Assembly (NCBI GenBank): GCA_024626585.2
Contig: JANKJI020000002.1
Span: 187,345,401-187,369,553 of the forward strand
Direction: 5' to 3'
DNA: 24,153 nucleotides
From: Ginkgo biloba
Lineage: Eukaryota > Plantae > Ginkgophyta
Positions 21,251-24,153 of the stretch are shown piece after piece. Under the pieces are notes generated by a model. The model was not told where the DNA came from. It saw only the letters and a list, made by a program, of their open reading frames with translations, and ran no database searches. Each line of letters starts with the position of its first letter. The stretch's first letter is position 1. Both the position numbers and the translations under genes were made by a program.

Positions 21251-22800
21251 TAGGGGTATATTCGAGATGGAACATAGTATCTTAAATAAGTTAGAGGTCA
21301 TTAAAGCCAAAGTGAGAAATCTTGGGGAAGATATGCAACCTCTACAAAACCTGATCCTTACCTACTAAAGGAGAAGGAAGGAGAAGGTTATGGAACCTAG
21401 ACTAGAAGAAGAAGAGTAATAAGAAGAGAATTCTATTAAAGGGGAAATATATTTTTCAAAAAATTCTAAATATCATGGCTCAAGGCATAAGAAATCCAAG
21501 AGGGATTATAAATTTCAAGTAGATTTTAGATTATGATGGAATAACTCTTGGTAATTCTTTTAGATAATAGGTAAGATTGGTTGAAACTTATTTTGAATCA
21601 TTTGGAATATCTAAAGAGAATAATATTACCATGGTTTTGATGGATTTTAAATGATTTTCAATAGATTAATATAAATGTGCTTAGATAGAAGTGGAAGATG
21701 ATATGTGGCAAAAGATCATGACTTAGCCTAAGCTAAAGGAGGTCATGATGAATAAATTTACAACCCAGAACAAGATCCAAGAGTATTACATATAAGTTTA
21801 TAACTATAGGTATACATATATATTCCAAAAATATATAAATAAGATGAATCNNNNNNNNNNNNNNNNNNNNNNNNNNNNNNNNNNNNNNNNNNNNNNNNNN
21901 NNNNNNNNNNNNNNNNNNNNNNNNNNNNNNNNNNNNNNNNNNNNNNNNNNNNNNNNNNNNNNNNNNNNNNNNNNNTTTAGATGATGTGAATAATATTTTA
22001 TTATATTTTGAAGTGGATTATATTAACCATCTATAATCTTTCAAGAATCTATTCTAAGAAGAAAAGGATTTTGTACTTTCCAACTAGCCATTCTCTAAGA
22101 AGAAAGGTTTCTTTCCAAGTAAAATTTCTAATTATTTTTAAAATAAAGGGAATGAGTCTTAGTATCAAATAAAGAGATAAATAGTCTCATTATAAGGGGG
22201 NNNNNNNNNNNNNNNNNNNNNNTTCCATCTGTTAAGTGTTTTAAGGGTGAAGGGAACCACATGAAGAGATATTTCCTATTCCTTTGTTAGAGTAACAATA
22301 TTAAGCAATATAAGAAGGTAATATCTATGGCATACAAAGTGAAATCTTCCAAGAAGAGCCTTCCTCATAAAATAAGTTTTAAGTATTTTAAAATATTTTA
22401 TGAATTTGAATTATTTATGATTAAAGGGAATATTAATGGGCAAGATGATTTTATTTTAGTGGATAATGGTTGTACATATTACCTTATTTCCAAGGAATCT
22501 TCCAAAAGGGAGAATTTGAAGACACATGAGGCTCCATATTCATACGAGGTTAAGTTGGATAATGGTAATGGTATACAAGAATGAAAAGAGTTTATATATA
22601 AGGTGCCCATAACCATTCAAGAGTACAATGAACACTTATATTTTTGTATTATAAAGATTTATATATATGATGTTATTCCTAGCTAGAAATGGTTATGGTA
22701 TTATTACACCCATATCTTACGTTAAGGTCACATAATATATTTCTATAAAGGTAAGAAGATTCATCTATATGAAAACCAATATTATAGAAATATTCCTTTA
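21251..22800 (+). mobile_element. Degenerate Ty3/Gypsy gag, zinc knuckle and aspartic protease
   Basis: Gag DYDG...VRLVETYFESFGISKENIITMV...MT*PKLKEVMMNKF (about 21530-21760). Decayed CCHC KCFKGEGNHMKRYF (22234 onward). Protease LFMIKGNINGQDDFILVDNGCTYYLISKE (D at 22462, DSG>DNG), then YEVKLDNG and YDVIPS*KWL (YDVILGxxWL flap-side motif). Confidence 0.88.
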
Positions 22801-24153
22801 NNNNNNNNNNNNNNNNNNNNNNNNNNNNNNNNNNNNNNNNNNNNNNNNNNNNNNNNNNNNNNNNNNNNNNNNNNNNNNNNNNNNNNNNNNNNNNNNNNNN
22901 ATGTAAATGATATAATGGACATAATATGAATATACATAATTAAACATTATGTATCTATTAAAGTCATCTCCTTAGTTGAGTATGACACTAATTCTTATGC
23001 ACCTATATCAAAATATGAGTATGATTACAGTAGTTTGATCACTTTCATGAGTACTTTCAAATAGTACTTTCATTTCAAAAATAAATCATCTCTAGATAGT
23101 CAAGTAGATAATTTTCAATTCTTAGTATTAAATAAATTGGAAGACTACTAAGAAAGGGTGTGGGAATATCATGAAATAGATCAATATTTCCCATCTAAAG
23201 AAAGGGATCCATATTCATTCATATATTTCCTCAATAAATTAAATGTAATACCACTAGAGTAAGATATTCATGGTAGAAAATATACAATGTGAAATGGAGG
23301 GAAGTAATGACCCACTNNNNNNNNNNNNNNNNGGTATCCCAAAAAAAATTCAAACTAAGGGATTCATATGCACCCAATAATAATAAAAGTTAATATATCA
23401 TTAAATGTGATAAGTGTGAATTAGAAAAATAAACAAGTGATATCATAGATAAGGAATGCATGGACATGAATGAGTAATATAATTATTATAAAATAATAAG
23501 TTATTATTAATATCTAGCAAGAAGACTAGGTAGAAAAATATATCATTAAACATGAAAAATGAAAAGTCATACAAGAAGTAGGTCATATATTAAATAAGAA
23601 ATGTATTAAGAGAATTAGGGAAAAAAATAAAGTTATTATAGATAATCGTCTTAATAATCTAACTAATATAATAGAAAAAACCCTATACTACAATGATATA
23701 ATTGATAACGTATTTGAAAATTAGAGACATGATAACCAATATATATGAATTTTAAAAATACTTTACCAAAAAAATCTACTAGTGCGTAAACAAATTAGAA
23801 TATTATAAACATGCACAAGGACCTACATAAATAAAATAATTACATAAGTTTTGGGAGGATTATAATAAATAATCAACGTACTTTTAGTCACACCCACCAT
23901 TCATTATATATATACTTACCATTAAGATATATCTCATTACATTTAATGCAAATAAATTTTAAAAAAATATTGAATACTAAAATAATAGTATGTGGCAGTA
24001 ACTAAACATTGATTCTTTAAAATGTAAAACTAGAAGAAGATAAGTAAAATTATTAAATTATAATAATTGGATTACAATGATATCATATAAATGGTATGGA
24101 TATGAAACTAATCTCAAAAGAAAAATCATGAAATAATAAGGAGGTACCTCATT

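Overview
AT-rich, CpG-depleted eukaryotic nuclear DNA from a fragmented scaffold with many N gaps (many exactly 100 N). It is almost certainly a land plant, and by the heavy retroelement decay plausibly a large-genome seed plant such as a gymnosperm (inference). The one unambiguous gene is an intact cytosolic tRNA-Ala(AGC) at 7715-7787 (-) with CAA/TATA-like upstream signals and a T6 Pol III terminator. It lies in a roughly 2.5 kb island (about 5.7-8.2 kb) that keeps its CpGs. This island also holds a roughly 500 bp fold-back Tourist/Harbinger-like MITE with long diverged arms and internal palindromes, plus two phase-compatible candidate minus-strand exons whose intron would contain the tRNA. 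The rest is mostly decayed transposons: an L1-clade LINE RT (about 15.0-16.3 kb), a Ty3/Gypsy gag-zinc knuckle-protease (21.3-22.8 kb), a Ty1/Copia gag fragment, LTR-like segments and local duplications. I found no convincing novel multi-gene system. The best leads are the candidate tRNA-hosting gene and the long-TIR MITE family, and both need checking.
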